Assembly: GCA_036677065.1 (NCBI GenBank) | Contig: JAKFBS010000011.1 | Coordinates: 187,356 to 251,355, forward strand | DNA from: Bdellovibrio sp. | GTDB taxonomy: Bacteria > Bdellovibrionota > Bdellovibrionia > Bdellovibrionales > Bdellovibrionaceae | DNA length: 64,000 bases | Reading direction: 5' to 3' | In this document: positions 1-9,917 of the stretch, one piece after another | How the letters are laid out: each line of letters begins with the position of its first letter | How positions within the stretch are numbered: position 1 is the stretch's first letter | Made by a program: the position numbers and the translations under genes | The notes under the pieces: model-generated | What the model was told of the DNA's origin: nothing | What the model saw: the letters and a program-made list of their open reading frames with translations, nothing else | Databases searched by the model: none

Positions 1-17
1 TGTAATAATAGAGACTA

Positions 18-878
18 ATGAAAATATTTTTTCTTATCATACTTTTATCAGTGGCCTCAGCTGCGGGATTTGTCTTCTGGCAAATTCCTTCGCAAGAGAC
101 GATCAAAGGGTGTTTCAAAACATCGATGTATGGTATTGATCTGTGCCCAACAGAAAAAAGCTACGTAAAACTTAAAAATATTTCTTCTAAATTACAGCGC
201 GCCATTTTACTCACTGAAGATTCTGCCTTTTACACACATAAAGGTTTTGATGAAGAAGGTTTAACCCGTTGTTATGAAAAATTAAAAGAAACCGGTAAAA
301 TCACTTGTGGCGGATCAACGATCACCCAACAGCTGGCGAAAAACTTATTTCTTTACAAAGATAAGACATTTATTCGTAAAGGCTTAGAAGCTTTAATCAC
401 AATCAAGCTAGAAAAAACTCTGACTAAAAAAGAAATCTTAGAGCGCTATTTAAATGTGGTGCAATTTGGCAAAAATATTTACGGTGTAAAACAAGCGGCA
501 CTGTTTTATTTTAAAAAACACCCCTCAGAATTAGATGTCGTTGAATCTGCCTTTTTAGCTATGGTTTTACCAAATCCAGAAAAATATTCACAAAGTTATT
601 ATCGTAAAGATCTAACTCGTTTTGCCAGAAAAAGATTATCAGGCATTATTAAAGATATGCACCGCTATAAATCGTTAAATGACGATGACTATTTCTTAGC
701 AATGGGAAAACTTGAGTATTTTCTAACTGCAGGACAAGCCACTATTAACACGGCCCCTGAAGAATTATCATCTGATGATTTAAATGAAATGTTAGATGGC
801 GTTGAAGAAACGACCATTCCGGATGCGACAGCAACGGCTGAGCCGCCTACCGAAACTGCCGAACCTGCTAATAATTAA
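18..878 (+). CDS. mtgA: Monofunctional biosynthetic peptidoglycan transglycosylase (GT51)
   Basis: N-terminal TM anchor; GT51 motifs EDSAFYTHKGFD, GGSTITQQLAKNLF, RKGLE, KKEILERYLN; no transpeptidase domain; acidic low-complexity tail. Confidence 0.88.
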   Translation: MKIFFLIILLSVASAAGFVFWQIPSQETIKGCFKTSMYGIDLCPTEKSYVKLKNISSKLQRAILLTEDSAFYTHKGFDEEGLTRCYEKLKETGKITCGGSTITQQLAKNLFLYKDKTFIRKGLEALITIKLEKTLTKKEILERYLNVVQFGKNIYGVKQAALFYFKKHPSELDVVESAFLAMVLPNPEKYSQSYYRKDLTRFARKRLSGIIKDMHRYKSLNDDDYFLAMGKLEYFLTAGQATINTAPEELSSDDLNEMLDGVEETTIPDATATAEPPTETAEPANN

Positions 879-1615
879 TTAACTAATTTTTTTCTGAATA
901 GGCGTAGGCCGATAAAACTAAAGATCACTAAATACGCAACAAGTACCGCAACGTGACCCAGATCGATCCAACCGATTTCTTTATACAATACTGTACGCAC
1001 TAAACGGACCGCATGTGCCAACGGAAAAATATAAGCCGCAGTTTTTAAATAGTATGGAATTTCATCTAATGAAAAATACGTTCCACTGATCATCGAAAGC
1101 GGCACGATCACACCAGATGTAGAAAAAACAAAACTATCGTAGTTTTTAGCAATCGAAATCATAATCATACCAAATGATGCAAACACTAAACTCAATAAAA
1201 ACAGAATCGGCGCAACTACGAAAAAATTTGGATTAAATAAGCCAAATAACGAAGAAATTAGAAACACCCCTAAGACACCTAAAAATCCCTTAGTGGCAGC
1301 CCATAACATTTCACCATAAAATATGTGTTGTGTAGAAACCGGAGTTAACAACATAGCCGCATAAGTTTTTTGATGAGTCATTTTCGTATAATTAGGATAA
1401 GTCGATTCAAAGTACGCCACCATCATCGCCGTCGTACACAATAAGCCCGCAAAATAGAACTGCAAAAACGACATGCCTTCAATTGAAGAAATGTAATGAC
1501 CAAAGCCAAAACCAAAAGCGCCTAAAAACATTAGTGGCTCTAGTGTCGTCCAAAAAAGAGAGACGACAAAAGTTTTACGAAAAAATAAAAAATTACGAAG
1601 CCAAACATTATACAT
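875..1615 (-). CDS. ABC-2 type exporter permease (NodJ/DrrB-like)
   Basis: About six hydrophobic segments; 'LEPLMFLGAFGFGFG' and 'PL.HAV.LVR' are typical of NodJ-type permeases; adjacent to the ATPase. Confidence 0.85.
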   Translation of the reverse strand: MYNVWLRNFLFFRKTFVVSLFWTTLEPLMFLGAFGFGFGHYISSIEGMSFLQFYFAGLLCTTAMMVAYFESTYPNYTKMTHQKTYAAMLLTPVSTQHIFYGEMLWAATKGFLGVLGVFLISSLFGLFNPNFFVVAPILFLLSLVFASFGMIMISIAKNYDSFVFSTSGVIVPLSMISGTYFSLDEIPYYLKTAAYIFPLAHAVRLVRTVLYKEIGWIDLGHVAVLVAYLVIFSFIGLRLFRKKLVN

Positions 1616-1617
1616 GT

Positions 1618-2538
1618 TTAGCTCTTTTCACGGATTTGATATCCGGCCAATTTTAAAAACACATCATTCAAATTCGCAGAGCGCACGTAATAATGCGTGT
1701 TTTGAATATGACTGATAAAACTTTGTTTTGATTCAGCAGTTTCAAAAAATATAAAGATGTTGTCTTCATACTCTTGAAATTTAAGCCCTGCTTGTTCAAC
1801 TTTACTTAACCAATAGCCTTTTTCATCGCCGACATGAAGTTCGATCACTTCAGTGCCTATGTGCTTTAAGATAAGTTCTTTAGCTGTGCCCTGATCTAAA
1901 ATAACCCCATGATCGATCATAATAATACGATCACAAAGGCGTTCAGCTTCTTCCATATAATGCGTCGTTAACACCAGCGTTGTGTTATTCGCCTTTAAAC
2001 GTTCAAAGTAATTCCAAATCCATAAACGCGCCTGCGGATCAAGGCCCGTCGTTGGCTCATCCATCAGAATGAATTGCGGTTTATGAATCAGGGCGCGCGC
2101 AATCGCTAAACGGCGCTTCATTCCGCCACTCAAGGCTTCGACTTGCTTGTGCTTAAATTCAGATAATTTCATCTCGGCTAACAAATGCTCTGCCTGAGCA
2201 TGCGCAAGATCGCTATCCATATTGTGATAACGGGCAAATAATAATAAATTTTCAAGCGCACTGAAATCTGTGTCTAAACAATCTTCTTGTGGCACAACGC
2301 CGATGCGCGAACGAATTTGGGTGATGTCATTTTTAGTATTTAAACCAAGAACTAATAATTCACCTGCAGTTGGAATCACTTGGCCATAGATCATTTTAAT
2401 CGTCGTGGTTTTACCGGCGCCGTTAGGTCCAAGGATGCCAACACATTCGCCAGGTTTAATATCAAAAGAGATTCCATTAACTACTGGAATACCATCGTAA
2501 TTTTTTTTAAGCCCAATGGCGTTCAATGCTAATGACAT
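1618..2538 (-). CDS. ABC-2 exporter ATP-binding protein (NodI/DrrA-like)
   Basis: Walker A GPNGAGKTT, signature LSGGMKRR, Walker B ILMDEPTTGLDP, TTHYMEEAERLCDR. Confidence 0.92.
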   Translation of the reverse strand: MSLALNAIGLKKNYDGIPVVNGISFDIKPGECVGILGPNGAGKTTTIKMIYGQVIPTAGELLVLGLNTKNDITQIRSRIGVVPQEDCLDTDFSALENLLLFARYHNMDSDLAHAQAEHLLAEMKLSEFKHKQVEALSGGMKRRLAIARALIHKPQFILMDEPTTGLDPQARLWIWNYFERLKANNTTLVLTTHYMEEAERLCDRIIMIDHGVILDQGTAKELILKHIGTEVIELHVGDEKGYWLSKVEQAGLKFQEYEDNIFIFFETAESKQSFISHIQNTHYYVRSANLNDVFLKLAGYQIREKS

Positions 2539-2570
2539 ACAAAAAGTCTAACAGGACAAATCAAAAGCAC

Positions 2571-2607
2571 AAATAAAAAACCCGGTTATTACACCGGGTT
2601 TTTATTT
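2571..2607 (-). terminator. Intrinsic terminator downstream of typA (possibly bidirectional)
   Basis: AAATAAAAAA-CCCGGT-tattac-ACCGGG-TTTTTATTT inverted repeat with A/T tails, about 25 nt past the typA stop. Confidence 0.8.
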
Positions 2608-2632
2608 AACTGCGATTATAAATCGACACTAA

Positions 2633-4456
2633 TTAGTCTTTGTTAGATTTTGCTTGTTTAGGGCGTTTGTGTGGATCTAATTCTTTTAAACGTAAACGAA
2701 TCGATTTTGGAGTTACTTCGATAAGTTCTGTTTCTTTGATCCATTCCATACCAAATTCTAAAGTCATTGGTTTAACTGGAGTAACACGAATTGCTTCGTC
2801 TGAACCAGAGGCACGAACGTTCGACATTCTTTTTGCTTCTTGAATGTTAACGATCATATCGTTGTCTTTAGCATTTTCGCCCACGATCATACCTTCATAA
2901 ACAAGGTCGCCGTCATTCACGAACATTCTGCCACGCTCTTGCTTATTCCAGATCGAGTAAGCATTTGCTTCACCTTGACGATCTGAAACCATCGCACCAT
3001 TGATACGAGAGTTGATGTCACCACGGTACTCATCGTAACCGTCGAAGTTTGTATTTAATAAACCAGTACCACGAGTATCAGTTAAGAACTCAGAACGGTA
3101 ACCGATTAAACCACGTGAAGGAATACGGAATTCTAAACGAGTACGGCCTGTACCTTTTTGAACCATGTTCGTCATAACACCTTTACGCATACCTAACTTC
3201 TCAGTTACGGCACCTACGTACGGATCTTCGATATCAATAACTGCGTGTTCAAATGGCTCTAACTTTTTGCCGTCGACAACTTTAAAAACTACTTGTGGCT
3301 TAGACACTAATAATTCGAAACCTTCACGACGCATTTGTTCAATCAAAACACCAAGCTGTAATTCGCCACGGCCAATAACTTTAAATGCATCAGTTGCATT
3401 TGTTTTTTCTACGCGGATTGAAACGTTATAAAGTAATTCTTTTTCAAGACGTTCTAAAATTTTACGAGACGTTACTTGTTTACCTTCTTGACCCGCAAAC
3501 GGACCATTATTAACCGAGAAGATCATACCAACCGTTGGCTCATCAACTTTGATACGTGGAAGTGGACGTGGATCTGTAGCTGAAGTAATAGTATCACCGA
3601 TCGTGAAATCTTCGATACCCGCGATAATCGCCATGTCGCCCGCGCCAATTTCTTGAACCGGAACCTGAGAATTTACTACATATTGGAAAAGCGCAGATAC
3701 TTTTACTTTTTTCTGAGCATTTTCTTGAATACACATAATTTCGTCGCCAACTTTAACAGTACCTGCACGCATACGGCCCATCGCTAAACGACCAACGTAA
3801 TCATTGTAACCAATGTTAGAAACCATTAATTGCAATGGCTCATTTTCTTTAATTGTCGGAGGAGGTACTAAATTAACGATTGCATCATAAAGTACTTTTA
3901 AGTTTCCAGTGTTAACAGCTGGATCAAGTGTTGCCATACCATCACGCGCGATTGCGTAGATTGTCGGGAAATCACATTGTTCTTCGTTAGCTTCAACGTC
4001 GATAAATAGATCGAATAATTCGTTGTGCACTTCTTGGATACGAGCATCTGAACGATCGATTTTATTGATAACAACGATAATTTTAATGTTTTGTTCTAAA
4101 GCTTTTTTCAATACGAAGCGAGTTTGCGGAAGTGGACCTTCTGAAGCATCGCAAAGTAAGATCGCGCCATCAACCATGTTAAGTACGCGTTCAACTTCTC
4201 CGCCGAAGTCACTATGTCCCGGTGTATCGACGATATTAATTTTATAATCTTCGTAAACGAAAGAAGCATTCTTCGCCGCGATCGTGATTCCGCGTTCTTT
4301 TTCAAGATCCATCGAATCCATCAAACGTTCTTCAACAGCTTGGTTTTCACGGAACGTTCCGGCTTGTTTGATTAAGTGATCTACTAGAGTTGTCTTCCCG
4401 TGATCGACGTGCGCAATGATAGCGATATTTCTAATTTTCTTTGGATCTTGAATCAT
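2633..4456 (-). CDS. typA: Translational GTPase TypA/BipA
   Basis: NIAIIAHVDHGKTTLVD, ERGITI, DTPGHSDFGGEVER, NKID, GRGELQL, EVTPKSIRLR. Confidence 0.97.
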   Translation of the reverse strand: MIQDPKKIRNIAIIAHVDHGKTTLVDHLIKQAGTFRENQAVEERLMDSMDLEKERGITIAAKNASFVYEDYKINIVDTPGHSDFGGEVERVLNMVDGAILLCDASEGPLPQTRFVLKKALEQNIKIIVVINKIDRSDARIQEVHNELFDLFIDVEANEEQCDFPTIYAIARDGMATLDPAVNTGNLKVLYDAIVNLVPPPTIKENEPLQLMVSNIGYNDYVGRLAMGRMRAGTVKVGDEIMCIQENAQKKVKVSALFQYVVNSQVPVQEIGAGDMAIIAGIEDFTIGDTITSATDPRPLPRIKVDEPTVGMIFSVNNGPFAGQEGKQVTSRKILERLEKELLYNVSIRVEKTNATDAFKVIGRGELQLGVLIEQMRREGFELLVSKPQVVFKVVDGKKLEPFEHAVIDIEDPYVGAVTEKLGMRKGVMTNMVQKGTGRTRLEFRIPSRGLIGYRSEFLTDTRGTGLLNTNFDGYDEYRGDINSRINGAMVSDRQGEANAYSIWNKQERGRMFVNDGDLVYEGMIVGENAKDNDMIVNIQEAKRMSNVRASGSDEAIRVTPVKPMTLEFGMEWIKETELIEVTPKSIRLRLKELDPHKRPKQAKSNKD

Positions 4457-4516
4457 GTTTTTCTCTTTCGTTGTTATAAAATAAAATTAAAATCGAGCTC
4501 TATGCTTAACTCTTTA

Positions 4517-5563
4517 TTAACCATGACCACCCATAAGGAAAGCCTCATGAGATGTGTCTTCTTGCTCGAAGTCTGAAATTGACTGAAAAAAGCCTAATGC
4601 GCAAGTCAGAACTTCGTCATTGCTCTTCAACTGGAAAATGTCTTTTCTGAATTGAGCCGCGCCTGGATATCCCGTAGAAAACCAAGAAGCGAACTTTTTG
4701 AGCTGGATGTTTATAATATGCTCTGAACAGTGTGCTTGTAAAGCCACATGCAGGTCCTGAAAAATTCCATGGTAATTTCGTTTAAGGTCCGAACGCATGG
4801 GCTCATTCTTCCATAAGCTTAAGGCATCAGCAAAAATTAGTGGATTTTTTAAAGCGCCACGGCCAATAAGTACGCCATCGCAACCTGTTTCTTTTAAACG
4901 TTTTACAGCGGCTTGCGGAGTTAAAATATCACCATTACCTAATAAAGGAATTTTTGTTTTCGCTTTTAGATCAGCGATAAAATCCCAATCAGCTAAACCA
5001 GAATAACCTTGAGCCCGAGTACGCCCATGAACAGCCACCCAAGTGATGCCTTCATCATAAGCTAAATTACAAACATCTAAAGCATTACGTTGAGATTGCT
5101 CCCAACCAGTACGAATTTTAATAGTAACCGGAATTTTTACGGCCTTAACACACGAACTTAAAACCTTTTGCATGACGACAAGGTCTTTCATCATGGCGCT
5201 GCCTGCACCTTTTTTTACGACTTTTGGTACTGGACAACCAAAATTAAGATCAACAAAATCAGCTCCTAAAGATTCAGCAACTTGTGCACCTTTAGCGATA
5301 GTTTCTGCGTCTTCGCCAAAGAGCTGAATCCCAATAGGACGTTGGCTTTCATCGTAACTCATCAGCTGCATAGTTCTTTCTGACTTGTATTCGATGCCGG
5401 TTGCTGAAACCAGCTCAGTGACAACGACGCTTGCGTCTAGTTTTTTCATAAAACTGCGGAAGGCATGATCAGTAATTCCCGCCATTGGAGCCAACACAAA
5501 TGGGTTTTGCTTTAGAGCGTCTAAAGGACTGATTCTATTAGGATTATTGAAAGATGCTGACAT
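4517..5563 (-). CDS. dusB: tRNA-dihydrouridine synthase (DusB-like)
   Basis: LAPMAGITD, DLNFGCPVPKV, VTIKIRTGW, VHGRTRAQ, GNGDI, GVLIGRGA. Confidence 0.92.
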   Translation of the reverse strand: MSASFNNPNRISPLDALKQNPFVLAPMAGITDHAFRSFMKKLDASVVVTELVSATGIEYKSERTMQLMSYDESQRPIGIQLFGEDAETIAKGAQVAESLGADFVDLNFGCPVPKVVKKGAGSAMMKDLVVMQKVLSSCVKAVKIPVTIKIRTGWEQSQRNALDVCNLAYDEGITWVAVHGRTRAQGYSGLADWDFIADLKAKTKIPLLGNGDILTPQAAVKRLKETGCDGVLIGRGALKNPLIFADALSLWKNEPMRSDLKRNYHGIFQDLHVALQAHCSEHIINIQLKKFASWFSTGYPGAAQFRKDIFQLKSNDEVLTCALGFFQSISDFEQEDTSHEAFLMGGHG

Positions 5564-5646
5564 GCGGTTTGTTTATGTCAAAGTTCAGATTTTCCGTCAA
5601 CAAATTGCTAATATTCAGAATCCTTGGTAATATTTCCAATTCGCCG

Positions 5647-8600
5647 ATGGAAAACCTCGGGAACTGGAGTTTCGTGAATAACGACGTAAACAACGATATA
5701 ACGGCTATAAAAAAACCTTACTATCACTGGTTAGAGCGAGCTCAATTAGGCCAGCTTGATTTTGCGGTTATTCAATTGCCGCAATTTTTAAACGAACAAT
5801 ACTTAACTACAATTGCTGATCAAGTTTCAGCTTTAGGTTTAGATTTATACCCGCTTCCTAAAGTACGCACTTACGAATCTTTTGATACCCGCAGCTACAG
5901 TATGATTTCAGATTTATTGCGCGGTAAAAACTTTAGTTTTAATCGCAATACGTACCAAGAATTAACTGATGTGGTTTCTTTTTATTTAAAAAATGAAACT
6001 AAATTATCTTTAGAACAAATTGGCAATTATGATTTAGGCACGGCACTTCCACGCGAATTAAATCCTATTTTAATTGAAAAACAATTTGCTTTTCAAACCG
6101 CTAAAGAGCGTTTACGTCTTAGAAATTTTATGAAGTTTTTGGGGCGTTTTGAAACGCAACAAAACGAATACATGATCGGTTATGTTCTGCTAGAAATGAT
6201 CGATAATTTATTTGTCTTACGCCAAAAATTTCCTGAATTTAAAGTTTATCTTGCTTTAGATGTGGCTGGCATTAAATACGGTTTAGAAATTTCAGAACTG
6301 CATGTGCAAAAACCCATGTTTGGCGAATATTTTATTAAACCTATTGAAGAAAAAAATATTCCTTACTTAGGCGGCGCGGCCTTAACGCAAGATCGCACAG
6401 CTTCTGGCGAAAAATATGAATTACATCTTCACCCGACAACCGTAAATGTAAAAACCGGTTTAATGTCGGCCGTGCCGCTTGAAAAAGCTGGCCGCAGTAA
6501 TGATATAGCGTTTAGTCACATTGGCCCTGATTATGAAAAAGTCGGCGCCGATCGCATTTATAAAAATCACTCTAGCATCGCGGCTATTAAGGGTTTTTTA
6601 AACCAGCATAAAATTCATTTTGCATTTTCACAAAATCCACTTGTTATTAAACCAGAAAAATACGGCATTAATTTGCAACATTTTATGGAGCCGGGTTTTG
6701 AAAGTGTTTTTTATTCGATGTGGACTGAATTTACCTTTCAAGACGATATTTACCGCGTGCATAACTATCAGTTAACGACTGAATTATTATTGCAAACGGC
6801 TCTTAATGGTATTGCCTGGTTATCTGAATCTGAACGTAAAGATTTAGCCTCACAGCGAAAAGGTTTAAAACGCGATAATGATTTACGCGTTTTAAAACAT
6901 CAGGGTGTCGCCTGTTTAATGATTATTGAAACTTGCCGCCACGTTTTAAATCGCCCGTTAACAACAGGGCAATTTAATTTAAATGATGAAAAGTTTTTAG
7001 AAATTCTAGAAAATAATATTTTTGATCTATTCAAACGTTCAATTCTTGTGGATAAGTTTGGGGAAATGAACCCATACGACCGTAATCTGGGCGCATTTTT
7101 ATCGGACAAAGTTTATGCTTTCTTTAGATTCGCCTTAAATGAAATTTTAAAAATTGTACGAGTGCAATCGCGCTATATCGTTTTAAAAAATCAAATTCTT
7201 GAACTAACAGATTATGATAAATTCACTGCTGAATCCTTACTAGTTGCCCTTGAGCCATTGATGTTAGAATCAAAAGGCGAAATCTTTACTAAATCGACAA
7301 CTAAATATTTAGAATTAATTGCTGAATCGTTAAAAACCAGCGAAGCCTTCGAACCAGTTTACACGGGCTTTAATTTACAAAGTGAATTAGCTAACCAGTA
7401 CATCCGTAAAATAAAAATTTCTGATGAAACCCTGCCGCTAGTGTACAATAAAATGTCTGATCTAGCCGGCCAAGGCTGGGAAGTTTATATCAATTCTAAA
7501 TCTTTAGAAAAATTGGGTGAAGATGATTTTAGGTCTGAGATCACTGTTAATAATTCTAAAACGGATTGGTTTGAATTAAGCCCTAGATTGTTTTTCAAAG
7601 GTGTCGAAGTTAGCCTTGAAGATGTGAACTTTTCTGGAAAAGGCACGCAAACTTTAAGCGGTATCATGTTTTACAAAGGCCGACCGTTTTTAATTGATCC
7701 GAATTCTATTCCAAAATTTGCAGCTTTAGAAAAATTTTGGGAAAGAATTAAAAACGATGAAGTCAATAAAGGTGCACGCGGCGAAAAAGAATTCGTCAGA
7801 GTTCCTAAGTCACAAATTTTAGAATTATTAGCTTTAGCTGAATCGGGAACAAACATTGTATCAGATCACCCCTACTGGAATGAAATTCATACATTCTATA
7901 AAAATCTAGGCAAAGCTGAAACTAAATTAAATCTATCAGAACATTTACAAGGTATTCTTAAAGAACATCAGCTTGTTGGAACACAATGGATTCACGACCT
8001 TTATAAATTAAATTTAGGCGGAATTTTAGCCGATGACATGGGTCTTGGTAAAACATTACAGGTGCTGGCATTTTTAGATGAACATCGCAAAACTAATAAG
8101 ACATGGTCTTTAGTTGTTGTGCCGACATCATTATGTTTTAACTGGGAGTCAGAAACCAAAAAATTTACGCCTGACTTACAAGTCGAAATTTTTAGCGGCT
8201 CTAAAAAACAAGAATTATTAAAACAAGCCAATAATGAACACAAAGTGATTATTGCAACGTATGGTTTATTAACTGAACATGAAGACTTTTTCTCGCAAGT
8301 TTTATGGGATGTCGTTATTTTTGATGAAGCACAGAATTTAAAAAATCTTTCATCTAAAAGAACTTCATCATCTCGCTTATTAAAGGCTAAATTTAAATTA
8401 GCCCTATCAGGTACTCCGCTTGAAAATAATTTTTTAGATTTCTTTTCATTATCAGATTTGGTTTTACCCGGCTCAATGGGAAGCTATAAATCTTTTCAAG
8501 AAAGTTTTGGTCCCGGAAAGACCATTGATACGCAAGATGTGCAATTTCTGAAATTAAAAATGCGACCGATAGTATTGCGTCGTACAAAAGATTCAGTGAA

Positions 8601-9360
8601 TTTAAATCTTCCGAAAAAATTAGAAGAATCCATTCGTTTTGATTTCAGCGAAAGACAAATTGAAATTTATAAAAATTTGGCGATTTCGCACAACGATCAG
8701 GTTAGCCAGCTGATTCAGGAAAAAGGGCAAACTTCGTCACAACTGGCGATGTTAACGGCGTTACTGCGTTTGCGTCAGGCTTGCTCTGACCCGAGCGGTA
8801 TTCCGCAGGTGAAATTCACCGAAAGCCCACCAAAGATTGCGCACATTTTAGAATGCGTGAAAGAACATCTTGAAGAAGGTAAGAGCGTTTTAATTTTTAC
8901 CCAGTTTTTGGCTACCTTAGATAAAATTTCAGGATTATTTACGGCTGATAAAATTCCTTTTTATACGCTCCACGGAAGTGTCGCTAACAAAGCTCGTCGT
9001 GAAATTCTAGAATCATTTCAAAATTCAGAAACACCACAAGTTTTACTCATGACTTTAAAAACTGGTGGCGTGGGTCTTAATTTAACGAAAGCTTCAGTCG
9101 TTTATCATATTGAACCTTGGTGGAATCCTGCAGTTGAAAATCAAGCCACCGATCGTTCACATCGCTTAGGTCAAAAAAATGATGTGCAAGTTTATAGGCT
9201 TTTGATGAAAGATTCTGTTGAAGAAAAAATTGAGTTGTTGAAATTGAAGAAAAAATCTTACTTTGATGCTCTATTTTCAGACTCAGAATCATTAGATAAA
9301 GTCTTAAACGGCAGCGGCCAATTAAGTGCAGAAGACTTTAAATTCTTACTGGGAATGTAG
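5647..9360 (+). CDS. SNF2/SWI2-family ATP-dependent helicase with a long uncharacterised N-terminal region
   Basis: C-terminal ~480 aa carry GGILADDMGLGKT, DEAQNLKN, LSGTPLENN, TGGVGLNLT, WWNPAVENQATDRSHRLGQ. Start uncertain (ATG 5647 or GTG 5674 behind GGAG); the ORF-track start at 5554 overlaps dusB. Confidence 0.88.
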   Translation: MENLGNWSFVNNDVNNDITAIKKPYYHWLERAQLGQLDFAVIQLPQFLNEQYLTTIADQVSALGLDLYPLPKVRTYESFDTRSYSMISDLLRGKNFSFNRNTYQELTDVVSFYLKNETKLSLEQIGNYDLGTALPRELNPILIEKQFAFQTAKERLRLRNFMKFLGRFETQQNEYMIGYVLLEMIDNLFVLRQKFPEFKVYLALDVAGIKYGLEISELHVQKPMFGEYFIKPIEEKNIPYLGGAALTQDRTASGEKYELHLHPTTVNVKTGLMSAVPLEKAGRSNDIAFSHIGPDYEKVGADRIYKNHSSIAAIKGFLNQHKIHFAFSQNPLVIKPEKYGINLQHFMEPGFESVFYSMWTEFTFQDDIYRVHNYQLTTELLLQTALNGIAWLSESERKDLASQRKGLKRDNDLRVLKHQGVACLMIIETCRHVLNRPLTTGQFNLNDEKFLEILENNIFDLFKRSILVDKFGEMNPYDRNLGAFLSDKVYAFFRFALNEILKIVRVQSRYIVLKNQILELTDYDKFTAESLLVALEPLMLESKGEIFTKSTTKYLELIAESLKTSEAFEPVYTGFNLQSELANQYIRKIKISDETLPLVYNKMSDLAGQGWEVYINSKSLEKLGEDDFRSEITVNNSKTDWFELSPRLFFKGVEVSLEDVNFSGKGTQTLSGIMFYKGRPFLIDPNSIPKFAALEKFWERIKNDEVNKGARGEKEFVRVPKSQILELLALAESGTNIVSDHPYWNEIHTFYKNLGKAETKLNLSEHLQGILKEHQLVGTQWIHDLYKLNLGGILADDMGLGKTLQVLAFLDEHRKTNKTWSLVVVPTSLCFNWESETKKFTPDLQVEIFSGSKKQELLKQANNEHKVIIATYGLLTEHEDFFSQVLWDVVIFDEAQNLKNLSSKRTSSSRLLKAKFKLALSGTPLENNFLDFFSLSDLVLPGSMGSYKSFQESFGPGKTIDTQDVQFLKLKMRPIVLRRTKDSVNLNLPKKLEESIRFDFSERQIEIYKNLAISHNDQVSQLIQEKGQTSSQLAMLTALLRLRQACSDPSGIPQVKFTESPPKIAHILECVKEHLEEGKSVLIFTQFLATLDKISGLFTADKIPFYTLHGSVANKARREILESFQNSETPQVLLMTLKTGGVGLNLTKASVVYHIEPWWNPAVENQATDRSHRLGQKNDVQVYRLLMKDSVEEKIELLKLKKKSYFDALFSDSESLDKVLNGSGQLSAEDFKFLLGM

Positions 9361-9455
9361 CGCTAGCCGATAGTCTGGTAACCCTAGGATTTCGTTGGAT
9401 ATAAATAAAATTTCATCGATTATAGATGAAACAATTTTATTCAACGGGGGTTTCT

Positions 9456-9917
9456 ATGTTGAAAGCATTTCTTACTGTATTTTTCTTGGGTTCGGTTTCT
9501 ATGGCTGCTGGCGACGCAGGTTGCGGTCTTGGTAGCATGATCATCACTAAAAATTCTAAACTTATGCAATTATTCGCAGCTACTACAAATGCTTCTTTTG
9601 GTTCGCAAACTTTTGGTATCACTTTTGGTACTTCTAACTGTTCTGCTAGTGGTATCGTACAAAATGACAAACAAATTCAATATTTCGTAGAAGTTAACCA
9701 AGCTGAATTAACTCGTGAGATGGCTCAAGGCCATGGCGAAAAATTATCAACTTTAGCTGCTTTAAACGGTTGCGCTTCTGATTCACAAATCAATTCGTTC
9801 AGCGCAAAAGCACAATCTAGCTTCAGCTCTATCGTGCCTTCTGCTAAAACGTCTGCAGTTGACTTTGTTAACAACATGAAGTCTGCTTCAGTAGCAGATG
9901 CATGCCACGGTTCTTAA
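9456..9917 (+). CDS. DUF3015-family secreted/periplasmic Cys-containing protein
   Basis: Signal peptide then AGCGLGS, ATTNASFGSQTFGITFGTSNC, MAQGHGEKLSTLA; ATG 9456 follows a GGGGG SD-like run. Confidence 0.8.
   Translation: MLKAFLTVFFLGSVSMAAGDAGCGLGSMIITKNSKLMQLFAATTNASFGSQTFGITFGTSNCSASGIVQNDKQIQYFVEVNQAELTREMAQGHGEKLSTLAALNGCASDSQINSFSAKAQSSFSSIVPSAKTSAVDFVNNMKSASVADACHGS

Noticed and set aside
875..2538. nodIJ as evidence of Nod-factor export
   Set aside because: No nodABC; NodIJ-like ABC-2 pairs are widespread with unknown substrates.
5554..9360. SNF2 helicase as part of an anti-phage system (DISARM, BREX or Zorya-like)
   Set aside because: No methylase, nuclease, PglZ or other defence gene nearby; flanked by dusB and DUF3015; composition looks like the rest of the window.
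9346..9373. CCGATAG upstream of DUF3015 as a sigma28 promoter
   Set aside because: No TCAAG or TAAAG -35 at the spacing seen in the other two sites.
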